DNA of 63,671 nucleotides, the filler included, from Pelomyxa schiedti (lineage: Eukaryota > Protista > Evosea): the NCBI GenBank assembly GCA_020536535.1. It is 10 parts of 10 records of this genome, joined end to end, with 100 filler letters (N's around TTAATTAATTAA, not from the genome) between each part and the next. Parts side by side here need not be neighbours in the genome. Positions count along the whole stretch, not along the records: positions 24,425 to 46,140 come from JAHLWZ010001071.1; positions 46,241 to 49,099 come from JAHLWZ010001869.1; positions 49,200 to 58,720 come from JAHLWZ010001294.1; 7 more parts are not named here. One strand, given 5' to 3'. The position numbers and the translations under genes were made by a program. Position 1 is the first letter of the stretch, and every line of letters starts with the position of its first letter. This document shows positions 37,112-49,708 of the stretch, piece after piece. The notes under the pieces were generated by a model. It had not been told where the DNA came from. It saw only the letters and a program-made list of their open reading frames with translations, and made no database searches.

Positions 37112-37494
37112 TCTCAGTCTAGTTCAGTCGAAAAGTACAATATTGGTGAGCAGTAGACGACAATGATGGGAAATAAACACGACAAAATGCACCCATCGCC
37201 TGTCCCTTTCTGTTTTTCTTTTAATTTTGTTCCCACCACTAATGGGTTAAATCTGATTTGGGGAAAAACAGGGAGGCTGAAGAGTGGATCCCGCTACTCG
37301 CCAAGCTTCTCCCATCGACTGTATGATCCCCTCATTGATTACTCCGAAGAGAAGGCGTAAGATCTCTCAATCATGCAGCAGTTGCATGTGAAAAGAGCGG
37401 AAGAAAAATCTGTGGTGCCGAAGCGAAAACGAAAAGAACCAACTAAAAACAACAGCCGCCAAATTAAACAAAGCCAACTATAACACCTGCCGGC

Positions 37495-39575
37495 ATGGGA
37501 CGAAATAAGATTAAAATAGAGCGCATCCAGAATGAAAGAAACAGACAGGTGCCATTTTTGTTATTCCCAATAATCAAACCCCTGCACGCCATAAATTAAA
37601 CAAAACCCAGCCCCCACACATCCCCCCACGCCCCTTTTTATTGTTATTGTTTCCTCTTTTTTTTCCTAACGTATTATGTCGTGTTGTGTTGACTATTGTT
37701 CTCGTTCTGGACCCCCCTTTTGAATTTGTTCATTGGTTGGAATGTAGGCTACGTTTACGAAACGTAAGTTGGGCTTGACCAAGAAGGCAATGGAGTTGTC
37801 AATACTTTGTGAGTGCGAAATTGGGCTTATAATGTTCAGTTCGAGCAACAAGTTGTTTGTCTACGCAAGCAGTAATATCAGTAGTTTGTTGTTAAGATTC
37901 ACTGAGTACACTGAGCCCTACAGGGCCCTTTCTAATGCAGATGTAATTCCCTCTGTTGAGTTTGTATATCATTTTGACTTTGGGTTCTTTTTCTGGTACA
38001 TTATAGTACAGGAAACAGTTTGATAGAAAATCGTCTGGGGCTGCACCAGAACAAACTTCTCCATCTGGCTACACTCAAGCCTCCCAATCCCCAAATTCTT
38101 CCCAAAACACAACAGCCCCTACTCAACCTCCAATTCTTCCTTCAACAGATACTTCGCAGCCTTCTGGGCCCTTGAATACATCTTCTATAGCCCCTCCCCC
38201 TCCTCAACCACTTGTCCAAGCACCCGCCACTGCTCCTCCTCCTTTGGCGGCACCTATTCCTCCTCCACCATTGGCGTCTGTTCCTTATGGAATGGAACAC
38301 CATACGGTCCAATCTCCAAACAACTTCCGGGGTAATCCTTCTCAGTCCAATCAATTACAGCAGCTACAAGCCCAACTCCAGATGCAACATGCTCAAGTGC
38401 AACAAATCCAGGTGCTAAATCAAATGCACGCTCATGCACAAATGCATCCCACTCAAGCGCAAATGCAGGCGCATGCTCAGATGCATGCTCAGATGCATCC
38501 TCAATCCCAATCCCCGGCAATACCCCAAGTGATGCAGAAGAATGGGGCTGTGCAAGGTCCTACAATGCAGATGCAAGGTAGGCAAACCATTTCAATGGGT
38601 CCTCAGGGACCAGGCCAACAACCTCATAATACCTATCACTCCGCACAAGCTTACGCCAGTAACATGCTCCCATCGGATGCAACTTATATGCAAATGCTAG
38701 CCATGAGGCAGCCGCAAATGGCTTATGGACACCCTGTGATGTACACAACAGGCTCACCTCCATTACAAGCGCCTCAAAATGGAGCTACCTCTGTTCAATC
38801 GTCATTCCCAATTCAATTTGCCTCTCAAACTTGTGTTGACAAGACAAGTACTGAAGGCACGGCATCGGAGCCCCCAAATAAGCGCTCCCGGCAGTCCCAG
38901 TCCCCAGAAGCATCACCTACATCTAAAATAGAAAATGTATCTCCCTCCGCAGTTGAGGATGTTGACGGCGGAGAGAATGTGCTTGATGAGCTGGAGCAAC
39001 ATGTAGATCAAGTGGATAAAGATAAGACTTCCCCACCCGAGGTTGACAAGTCTGGATCCAGAGCTAGTGCGAATAGGAATTCCACTGAAATTTCTTCGAG
39101 GGCTACCAATTCAACTGTGCCGAACAATCCTGATTCCCCAAATAGTTCATCACAGACCCAACCACAAACCTTTTTGAGTACCCTGGGGTTGTGTAATGAC
39201 CCCCGTCAATATACTATTTCACCCCAGGAAAGGGAGCTTCATGAAAGGCAAGGTAAAGAATTGCTTCAAAATGCCCTTGGTCCTGAACTGTCCAATGTAC
39301 CTTTTGTATGCTCACTCATCCAAACTACGGTTTTCCATTCTAACTCCTGTAGTCCATGGTGCAAAGTCTGATGGATGGCGGAATGTGTGGACAACAGATG
39401 CAAACAAGTCTCTACGCTATACATGGCGGAATACCCAAGTAAGCCATTCCGAATTTGCCGGCACTTTTTCTCATCCCTTTCTAGTTCCGTTCCAATGGGA
39501 TACAACCAACAGGCAGTGTGTCAATCACCGTACCTACACACAGTATGTAGTTCCCGTAACTTTCAAACAAACTAA
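37495..39575 (+). CDS. MADS-box transcription factor, MEF2 (type II) class
   Basis: MGRNKIKIERIQNERNRQ|ATFTKRKLGLTKKAMELSILCECEIGLIMFSSSNKLFVYASS...LLRFTEY..P, then a P/Q-rich region. The 3' end is approximate. Confidence 0.92.
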
Positions 39576-39858
39576 GTAGTAAAGATTCCAGACAATTCCG
39601 GTATGTTGGGTGCTGGCTATCCCACAAACCTGAAAGCTTCAGATCTCCATTGAAACCAGACTCTATAACAGTAATAATAAAAAAAAAGTGTTGTTGAAGG
39701 TTTTTTTTATTGTTGGAAGACATGGCCAGAAAAGTGTACTACGCAAATACAAATAGAGGTGTGTTGTGTTAGGGTTGTTTTTTATGTGGAAGGGGAATGG
39801 GAATGGGTGTGGTGTATTCACAGACATTTTGTTTAAAAGCGTGTCCGACAAGGAACAA

Positions 39859-41190
39859 TCAGCATGAGGCAGAGTGCAAGCAAACAGGGCAAGTCTTCTT
39901 CGTTTTGAGCCACCTGTCAATGCATTCCACGTGGTAGATGTGTAGGCATGGCAATGTTTTGAGCACGTCACCTTCTTCATATTCGCACAAACAAACGGGG
40001 CACTTGGTGTTATCTTCCGTGGGTTGAGTGCCACTAGCAACAGAAGAGGCCGAAGCCGTATCGAGAGCAGAAGCAGAATAAGAAGCCGAAGAAGCAGAAG
40101 CAGAAGCAGTAGAAGCGGAATAAGAGGAAGCAGAGGACGGTGCAGCGGGAGACGAGGGCCTCTGAGGCCTGCTGGAGAAAGTGTGCGTCGGGAGAGCCGA
40201 TATCCCCGCCGGCGACAGCCCCACCTTCACGTTGTCTTCGTCCAGCGCAAGGAGCTCCTCGTAAGTCGCGTCCTCGCGCGGTGCCCCCCTGCCGTTGCGG
40301 CGCGCTGCGCGGCGGGCACTCCCACTTCCTCCTACATCATCATCATCACCATCACCATCATAAAAACCACCAGCACCACCAAACACATCAACATCATCAC
40401 CATCAAGCATGAAAGTGCCTCCATGGGAGTCGACGGAATCCGCACCATTGGCATTGGAGGAATGCGCCCCATAATCCCAGTGGGCCAGGAATGGCCTGCT
40501 GCTGTTGACCCTCAGCTCGCCGCGCGCGTTCCGCGACGTGAAGCCGGAGCGGGAGCCGGACACGTTGACGCTGACGCGCACGCCGTGGCGAGGGGGCGAG
40601 CTCGGCCTCTCATGTGGCTGCTGGTGGTGGTGGTTGTCCTCGCGGTCGGCGTCGCAGTACAGGGACAGGGCCACCTCGGAGTCCAGGTCGATCGGCTGGG
40701 TGTTGGGCTCGGGGTCCGGGGACGCCAGGGCGCGTAAGTAGTCGCTGTCGTCGCCCCGACGCGCCATTGTGGGAGGCAGCAGCAGCTCGTCCCTGTCATT
40801 GTTGTTGTTGTTGTAGTCGTAGTCGAAGGGGCGGGTCATCCTAGGGCGCGGCGGCAAGGGAGCGCGAGGGGGGAGGGGCGGCGAGACGACGCGGGACGCG
40901 GCGGCCGCCTCCTGCAGGTAGAACTCCTCCTGCAGCGCGCGGGCCATCTCCTCGTCGGCGTCGGCGGCGGCGGCCGGGGAGCGGGGGGCCGCGGGCGGGA
41001 AGTGGTACCGGCGGGAGGCGGCGGGGGGGTGAATGAGGTCGGCGAGCGAGCGAGAGTGCAAGTGGAAGTGGTGGCGGCCGGAGGGGGCGTAGATGTCGTG
41101 GTCGTGGTCGTAGGAGCCGCCGACGTCGTGGGTTCTGTCTTCTTCCTCTTGCAGGCGTCGGGCGAGCTCCGCATCGCTACTAGTGTCCAT
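39859..41190 (-). CDS. RING-H2 E3 ubiquitin ligase with UIM-like motifs
   Basis: [12 protein letters not shown] and [12 protein letters not shown] motifs, [15 protein letters not shown]-terminal [38 protein letters not shown]. Confidence 0.93.
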   Translation of the reverse strand: MDTSSDAELARRLQEEEDRTHDVGGSYDHDHDIYAPSGRHHFHLHSRSLADLIHPPAASRRYHFPPAAPRSPAAAADADEEMARALQEEFYLQEAAAASRVVSPPLPPRAPLPPRPRMTRPFDYDYNNNNNDRDELLLPPTMARRGDDSDYLRALASPDPEPNTQPIDLDSEVALSLYCDADREDNHHHQQPHERPSSPPRHGVRVSVNVSGSRSGFTSRNARGELRVNSSRPFLAHWDYGAHSSNANGADSVDSHGGTFMLDGDDVDVFGGAGGFYDGDGDDDDVGGSGSARRAARRNGRGAPREDATYEELLALDEDNVKVGLSPAGISALPTHTFSSRPQRPSSPAAPSSASSYSASTASASASSASYSASALDTASASSVASGTQPTEDNTKCPVCLCEYEEGDVLKTLPCLHIYHVECIDRWLKTKKTCPVCLHSASC

Positions 41191-41663
41191 GCCGTGGGGT
41201 GACAACGCTGCGGTTTTTTTTTTTTTTCCTTCACTTTGACAACTTGTACCTAATTGCTTCAATTGGATTACACATGTACCCGGTCAACAGAGTGCGTGAA
41301 CTCAAGATGTCAAGGACGTGGTCCAGGCTCGGGACGAACTTGGGTCAATGGGCAAATGAGATCTACCTGCGCCAGAATAACTCCTGGCGAACTTCTGTCA
41401 GGAAGCAGCTGTGGGTCGCCGTGGCAACCCACAGCAAGAAGAAAAGGTGCCTGGAAAAAGGATTTTCATCCGTTTTCATCACCTGTTCTGTCTTTCTGGA
41501 AAAACCATTTTTTTCATAAAATCTTACGGCGCCCTTTGATCCCGGGGGTCAACACCAACGAAGGTCGTGACAACCGGCGGTTTCTTTTTTTTTCGTTTTT
41601 TTTTTGTGCGTGTCGGTTGCGTCGGCGTTGAGTTGCGAGGCGCACAAAAACAGGCCGACGAAG

Positions 41664-44181
41664 ATGTCGATTTTCGGAGCTCCTTTGATGCAGTCTGTCC
41701 CACCGGGGGCCTCGATGCCTCCGCAGATTGAACAAGTTAAGTAGTGCCCTGCTTGTTTGACAACTTGATTCTTGCCATCGTTCTTATTTTTTTTTGTAAT
41801 AATGCCAGATCTTGCTTATCACATCTCATCTCGCACCACCGTAACAAACAAGTTCATCTCACAGTTATTTTCCAGTTATTGAAAGTGATTGCATGCATTC
41901 GTCCTGTTGATCCCTCTTTGTTCGACTTACCTATGAATCACCCAAAGGTTCCTTGTTTTTATCTTACTTTCACTTCTAAGTTTGATATTAACAAGGTTGC
42001 GGCTCTCAAAACCAAAGTAGACACACTCGTCACTGGCCCGTTTGATGAAGAGGATAATCCACAAGTTCTGGCCGCACTGCTTTTGTTGTTTTTACACCAA
42101 CTACCACATCCACTGGTTCCCCCACGGATGTACGCCACTGCCATGAAAGTAGCCAGTGTGTGTGCCACTCACACCAGGTTGAAGCTACTACGTGCATTCA
42201 TGGCGAAACTGCCATCTTTTGGTCGAGGGTTGACCCTACAACTCCTAGTATCATTGTGTGCAACAGGAATAGACCCCATGCGCCTGGCAGCACTATTTAC
42301 TCCTTACATTCTACGAGCAAACCACAATTTGCTGGGACCTGATGGAAGTTGTGCCGCAGATTACGGTGTTGTGTGCCTTGTGGCAGAAATGATCGCACAT
42401 GCTGAGTATATTTCTTTGAGCAAACAGGAGCCTGCTGCCGTATCTGGGAATAATATCACAGAGCAGACATCCGAATTCATGTTACTAGCTAGTGCTGTAA
42501 GCGATTTTTCTTCCAATGGTAGGCTCTTTAGAAGCTCCTATGGCTTTTTATAGTCATTCTGTAGGTACAGTAGGATTACTTGCATTACGTGCTGGCGATA
42601 GTGTGCAAATCATGGACGCACACCCTAATGGCTGGTTAGAAGCCTGTGTCAACGGTGAAATAGGATTTATTCCAGAAGGTTATGTGGAGATTGTACCGGT
42701 TGTGTCAGCAAACACTACGAAACACTCAGCACCACAGGCAATCTGTACTTCGGCTAGTGTGCAAGAAATTCCGAACAACAATGCAACGCAAAAACCCTCC
42801 TGGGTGTTGCCACATCATCCACCTTCAGTGAATTCTCCATCTCCATTACAATCATCATCAGTGTTAGCATCCTCACCCCCATCACAAGAACTAGTTTCAC
42901 CACGTTCATCAGAATTTTCTCCAGCAAAGCCTAAGGCAACATCACGGTCATTCTCGACAAGATCTCTCTCATCACCCATAACACCAATTTGTCCACCACC
43001 CAGTCAAACATCCCTCAAAACTTCGCAAGATTCTCCACCCCGCACGTCATATCTGTGGACTTCCGCTCATTCCCACAATTCACGCGAAACCGATAACTTC
43101 CGAAACTATAGAAGCACCAGTGATGGTAACACTACTCGGTCGAATCTTTCTATTAACCTTACGAGGACAAAGTCCTCCATGACCACGCAATCAACGTCCA
43201 CAACTCCAACCAATACTACGCCAACACCTGTGCCGCCAACAGGGCTCTCTACCTCACCATCAACTTTCAATCCTCCGCCTCCCCTACCACCACCCTCTAC
43301 TGCACTAGTCGGGTTACCCAGCCGACCGACATACGCAGCACCATCACCGCAACTGAGTAAGACCTACAGCGACGGGAATCCGGTTCAAGAAGGATGGGAC
43401 GAAATCAAGGTAGTTGTAATTGGCACTGGTGGTGTAGGTAATGTTTTGCTTTTTTTTTTCCCCTACTGACTTTTTCTCTTCAGGAAAGTCTTGCTTTACT
43501 GTGTGTTTTGTTCAGAACGACTTCCTTGAAGAGTAAGTATCCTACAGTAAATCTCTCGTTTATTTAACAATCAATTGCAGGTATGACCCCACGTTAGGTA
43601 GAGTGGTTCCTTCTCGATGGCCTATTATATTAATATTTCTCAGAGGATAGTTACCGAAAACAATTTGTTGTTGATGATAGAGTTTGCTTTTTAAAGATAC
43701 TTGACACCGCTGGTACACACTGCCACCATCCATTTTTGTTTTTCTTATGGCAATAATGTTCAGGTCAGGAAGAGTACAGTTCTTTGAGGTACTCAACTTC
43801 TTTCCCAAATACAACTTACCAAACCTAAGGGATCAGTACATGCGACAGGGTCAAGGCTTCATAATGATGTGCTCACTAATATGTAGAGAGTCACTGGAGT
43901 CACTGCCGGCTCTTGCGGAAGCTTTGCTAAAAGTCAAAGACTCTAACACATTACCACCAACCACATTAGTAGCCAATAAATGTGACTTGGCACCCAGCTT
44001 GTACGAAATAACTACACATGAAGTCATGCAAATGGGTGAACAGCTGGATGTCCCTGTATTTGTATCCTCAGCCAAACTGCACAAAAACGTGGATGAAGTA
44101 TTTGTAGCACTCGTACGGCAAGTAAGGACTATGGAACTCAGAGTGGAGAAGCCCAAGAGAAGTGTTTGTTGTATTTTGTAA
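41664..44181 (+). CDS. RhoGAP-like + SH3 + Ras GTPase fusion ending in CAAX (CCIL)
   Basis: FGAPL...VLAALLLLFLHQLPHPLVP...LAALFTPYIL (RhoGAP fold); LALRAGDSVQIM..GWLEA..GEIGFIPEGYV (SH3); the same ORF continues to KVVVIGTGGVG|KS...[42 protein letters not shown]..CCIL*. Confidence 0.87.
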
Positions 44182-44360
44182 GTTAAAAACAAAAGAGAAT
44201 TCAACGGATCATCATTGTTGTTAGTTCCATACCCAACAAGTAGTAACAAGGGGGAAAAACAGTGTCTTGATGTAAATAGTGAAAGGAGTTGTAGTTGCAC
44301 AAATGTGTTTGTTGTGTTTTTGTAGGTACTGGAGGCACTCTTGCTGAAGTTGGCTGGGAA

Positions 44361-45450
44361 TTAACACACACCCACAGCTATTTCTACATTTGCAGGAGTG
44401 CCTTGCATTACAAGGGGATGAACGGAACGGGCTGAGGAGGAGAAGCTGGCGTCCATCTTGTTTTCATTGTAACAGCAGATGGCCGCCACAGGCAATCTTT
44501 TGATAACAAGATCGGTGACAATGTGCTCGTACTTGACGATGTTCTCTTGCCACTGTTGTGGCGGGTTGGTTGGATGTTTTCCTTGCGACTTGGGAAGATC
44601 CGCAAAGGCATAAAGGGAAGGAAACCCCTGAGAAAGAATATTCTGGCACATTTGGAATAGCCTTTCACTGCGGCGCTCAGGCGACAGGTACTGTGTTTGG
44701 TTTTTGTTTAGAGATAAACCCTGTTAGTGATGGAGAGCAACGCACTTGTTTGTAGCCTGATCTATCCATTACAGAAAATCGTCCTGCTTCCATTAATGCG
44801 GTAGTGTCAATTCCGCGAGAGTTAAGTGCATGTAATAATAACTCGGCGACTTTCCTTCCCACAAATATTAATACAAAAGCTCCGTGATCCAAGCCGAGCT
44901 TCACGAGGTGAAAAGCAGCTACAGACAGCATATCGTAACTATTATAAGGCAGGCACAAATGGTCTCCAGGCTCAATACTTATAGTCTGGAAAAATGTTAA
45001 AGGTTTGGTTTTTTTTTGTTTTTATTGGAAAGTACTAGTGTATCTAATTGCGGAGCAGTCTGCAGTAATGGACCCACATCACAACTAGAGCCGGAATATG
45101 AAGTTAATTCGGAAGCAACCAATTCCAGAAGAACTGCAGCGTCTTCCAGATCTTCGCCACCAAGTGGTCTGAGGGTTTTGTTTTGGCCCCGGTTTAGTGT
45201 GCTTTGTAACATTCATTAATTGAACTCACAAAGTGGTCACTGTTGCTGTGTGTGAAGTTTCCAACACAATGATCGATTGAGAGATCTTATGCGAGAGACA
45301 TTCAAGTTGATTGCATGTCGTCCCCAGCAACGAGACTAGGAGGGATATTAGAATAAAAGATTGCGTAGAAGAAACAGCAGCAAGTCCAGTAAACAACAAA
45401 CTAAGAAAGAAACGAAGCAACACAATGCACGTACCCAGTTCGTCGGACAT
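44361..45450 (-). CDS. MEDS (methanogen/methylotroph DcmR sensory) domain protein
   Basis: EPGDHLCLPY...KLGLDHGAFVLIF...LNSRGIDT..LMEAGRFSVM...Y...LSQGFPSLYAFADL...KYEHIV...AAICCYN...SVHPLVMQG, split by GT-AG introns. The 3' end is approximate. Confidence 0.72.
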
Positions 45451-45683
45451 GGCTGGACAAGGGTCGCAGATCAGGTTATTGTGCAGAATAAAATAAAAAA
45501 AATGCTCGGGCGACAGGAAACAAAAAAAAGCGGGAACTAGAGTGATGTCAACGCAGGGGATTAGTGTGTTGCCTCGGCTTTTTTTCTTTTTTCTGTCGCC
45601 TTTCCCGCTTTATTTTTCTCTTACGGCCGTATTCCCCCAGAACGAAGTTCGCGTGGCTACAACGAAACTGAATAGGTAATACA

Positions 45684-46140
45684 ATGCTCTTTTCGAAGCA
45701 GCCGTACATCAACCCCTTCTATAAAAGTTCAGGCAACTCGAGGAAATTCCCCGTCAACTGCGTTTTCCCCGCATTGTTCCTTCCTTATCTGTGTATCTGG
45801 AACTGCGGAACTGGATCACCCCACAGTGATCCGACTGATGGGGAATATTTTGAAGAATCAACCACCAGTAACAAATGTCCTGGTTCTTTCGTTGTTTTGT
45901 GGTGTGTGCTGTGTGCACTTGTATGGTTTGGGTTGTTGGGCCGTCATATTCCAAGTGGTAGTTTGAGGTTCTGGGCTATCTGGATGATGATATCTGTTGG
46001 TGCAGTGACTCTTGAGTGCATTCCGGTCCTTCTGTGCTGGTCACTGCATAGAAATACAATAGCCGCTGGCTTCCAGTCAAAGTGCATTTCTGCCTTGTGC
46101 TTGGCTTTCTCCAGCCACTCAGTCATTACAGTGTTGTGTG
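45684..46140 (+). CDS. Multi-pass membrane protein fragment
   Basis: Several hydrophobic segments; truncated by a linker. Confidence 0.4.
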
Positions 46141-46240
46141 NNNNNNNNNNNNNNNNNNNNNNNNNNNNNNNNNNNNNNNNNNNNTTAATTAATTAANNNN
46201 NNNNNNNNNNNNNNNNNNNNNNNNNNNNNNNNNNNNNNNN

Positions 46241-47400
46241 ATCTTTCTGTGAACTTGATTTCCGAACTTGGTAAGTGATGACTCAGCCTCTGAGTGTCCA
46301 GTCTCGAGTCTCGCGAGTGTGCCTTGCGCACAGTTTGCCTGTGTGTTCGCAGAATCACACAGTATCAGTTCACGTTCGGTGTTGCATGGATGGTGAGTCC
46401 AGAATGTCAATGTCGTTGATATTCGGTGGCTGATTACAGGCTCATGTGAAAGCTGACCTGATTGCACAGAAATTTCTTCAGGTTCGTATGTGAAATTCTA
46501 GCTACCATGCTAACTCAGATACATAGGTGTCATAAGGATTGGTGCTGATGTTTCCTGCGCCTCAGAAAGTGCTCTGTATGCATGCCTTGAGCTGTGCTGA
46601 TGTGCTTCTTGCATTTTGCTGAATCAGGTTTGCTCCTACCCTTTGCATCATCATCTGATGCCATTAGGTGCCATTGCCTTGGTGTTGCCAATGATGTGCT
46701 TGCTGCTCTCAGCTGAATTGAATAGTGTCTGCCTTGCAGCATTGCTGCTGAGCTGTGCATTTGCTTTTCCAGGTAGTGCAATTTCCATAAGAGTATATAT
46801 TGAGTTGCGCATTGCAGTGTTCAGAGCTTGTGCAGATGCTTGGAAATGATGCGTTAGTCCACCTCAGAATATTCTTGCTTATGGCGGTCCTAGAGCAAAT
46901 GCTAGATTGCTCGCAGTGCTCTCATTGCTGAGCTTCATGTTCTTGGCAAAAATAGGTATGTTCAGCTCCTCAGAGATTTCCTCTAACTCAAGAAATGGGT
47001 GCAATTTGAAAACCATAGAATTCTGAGCAATTTCCATGCTTGGTGAACAGAAACAAATTGTGGCTTCCTTGCCTTGGTTTCCTTGCTGGCGTTTTTGCAT
47101 TTCCCATGCTTCCAGGTGCCTCCTGTATGGTGCCATTCTCGAATTTGCGCCTATGCTGTGTGCAGACTTGCAAGTCAGAATTGCCAGAAATTCCTCAGTT
47201 GTGCCATCTTGCACTGCCTCCAATTTGAGCAAGGTAACGCCGTTCTCTTCAGATGCCAAATTAACTTCATGCAGAAGATTCTGGTGCCTCCAGATGATAT
47301 GAATGTTGGCTCATAGATTCTGGCTTGGTGTCCAGATCTCTCAGGCTGTGCATCTTGAGATGGTGCATGCAGTCTAGTTTCAGGTGGGCCAATGACAAAT
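46241..47400 (-). mobile_element. Possible highly degenerate Ty3/gypsy pol remnant
   Basis: Intronless, stop-riddled frame with faint RT-connection/RNase H/integrase-like traces (KLEAV..EEFL; EIALPGKANAQLS; MQEAH..H). Confidence 0.3.
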
Positions 47401-48594
47401 TTTCCTTCTTGCCCAAGTGCCTCAAACTGGGCAAGGTGACCTCCTCAACACCACAGGTTCCTTCCTACGCTCCAAAACAAATAACTAATTGGCTCTCCTA
47501 GGCCTGCTGCTAAGTTCAGCAATTTCAATCCTGTTCACATCAATTTTCAGCAATTCCAATGCTGTTTTTCAGTGCAGCTAAAAATTTCCATGTTGGAGCG
47601 CCCTGGGTAATCCTACAGGGGAACAAAGTGCACACGTTTTTTCCCTGTAGGCCAACTAACAATGAGGTGTAACATAGATAAGTCCTGGCCATGATAGCTG
47701 TGACATCACGAGATGTCAGTGAGCTTCCATGAAGGCACGCCTCACTACTGTGTTCCTAGGGCACCCTTCCCTAAGGTCGACACAGTGTGACATAGTAATT
47801 CCATGACTAACGATATCTCAGATGGTGTCACATAATCCAGAGGGTTCTGCAATCCCTGTGCAGAAATGTGAAACATAGGTTCAGGTAATCTTTGTGTTTA
47901 AAATCAGATTGACTAACAACATTTAGGTTTGATGAACCGATTTTATGATAATTCTGGGAGTGGAAATTGATACGTAGCTTTGTAGCTGTCAGTGTGCACA
48001 GACAGAGTGCAACCAAAACATTGAGTATGTTTCCTCACTTCAATATTATGTTTACCATGGCTATATCGAAAATTTCTATATCATAGAGTGAAATTCGCTA
48101 TTCAAGTAGCATTAACTGCTTAATATAACTCAAATACAAGCCAATAAACCAATAAATACAACCGAAATGAATAAATAGAGTGGTAATAATGCTACATAGC
48201 TTTGGATGATTTCCGAGCTTCGATTCTGCATATCTAGCATTCCCGCATTTGTAAGAACACTTGCCGGGTGTTGTATGCATGATTCCCGTCATTTCCGTAC
48301 TAATCCTGTTGCAGGATGCATGCTGCCAGTGCTGGAAATGTCCGCTTCAGTGCCGGTAATATCCTCGAAAATGCCGGTTGAGAACGCAATTCCGCAGTAT
48401 CACTCTTCGTAATGCCATCATGATCCACCATGCCGGCTTCTCTCTCGTCACTATGCCAGTATCTGCGCATGCCTCGATGTCGCTAGAGATTTCAGATTAA
48501 CAGAACTGATGCCTTCTTCGAACGAAAGAAATTGTTTGTGGATTCAACTGAATCACACACTCCCTAACAGCTGAAATACCGTCCCGTAATTGCG

Positions 48595-49099
48595 TTGCTA
48601 CAAGCATCCTCGCTGATGAGCTCGAAGGCCTTCCACCTCAGTGGGAAGGTGATGATGGACAACAACGCAAGCGCCGTAGACGAGCCGCCACAACAACCAA
48701 CAACACATCACCACCACTCATCTGAGACAGAGAAACAACGGATCTTGAAGATCTCACGAGTCGTCTGGGAGCAAGTTGTGGTGCCGTGGGTTCTGCGGCC
48801 CGCGGTGGCTCGCCGCAAGTGGGGCCACGAGCTCCCACGCCCCGTTGTGTCGTGCGTGCTCGCCGCGGCGGAGGCCATGTTCCCCCTCGTGGCCCTGGCC
48901 TCTCGCTCCGTATCCTCGGGGCCGTCGTCGACGCGGTACCGCGAGCTCGGGCACTACCGCGACCTCGAGGACGCCGCAGCGGCGCTGAGCCCCAAGTGCG
49001 TCACTTGGATCATCTCCAACAACGCGAAGAGCCGCAGAGAGCGACGCCGCAAGGCCGCACTATTGAGGGACCATTGTGACGGCGGTGGTGGGAGCGTGG
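48595..49099 (+). CDS. Lineage-specific ankyrin-like family protein, N-terminal fragment
   Basis: GC-rich ORF (SRVVWEQVVVPWV...AAEAMFPLVALA...AAAALSPKCVTWII) cut by a linker. Confidence 0.5.
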
Positions 49100-49708
49100 N
49101 NNNNNNNNNNNNNNNNNNNNNNNNNNNNNNNNNNNNNNNNNNNTTAATTAATTAANNNNNNNNNNNNNNNNNNNNNNNNNNNNNNNNNNNNNNNNNNNNC
49201 GTGAGAGAGGGTGTATGTACAAAAAGGTGTTCTTCCAAGTAGGTACACGTTTTAAAGCAGGTGCCGGGAGAACTTAAGTTGGCTTTTTTTGTTTTTTGCA
49301 ATGTAGCTGGCTGCTAGAACCGAAAGGACAAGTTCGGGACAAGTTGGGAACTTGTCCGCAGAAACCCGCCCAACTTGTGTGCCCGTTTCACGGAAGCTGA
49401 TCAGGCCTTTCTGCTCAGCAGTGCACCAAACTCCCTGGTGCTCCCACCCACGTGTTCTCCGGAGGGAAAGAGGTTCTGGCATGAGTACTTCAATCGAAAC
49501 TCAAGGCATGTTCTCAGATCTGCAGCCGGGATGCTGAAGGTACGAAGGAGACGTGATAAACAGGATCAGGCTTTGGCTTCAACACTCATTATCACTCTCT
49601 CAGTTCTTGGTGGTGACGTCTCCAGCCCCCATTCCCACCACAGACAACCATCCCCAATTAAAAGAAAAGTGTTTTCTTCCTTCGGTCCAATAATAATGTT
49701 TTTTTGGT

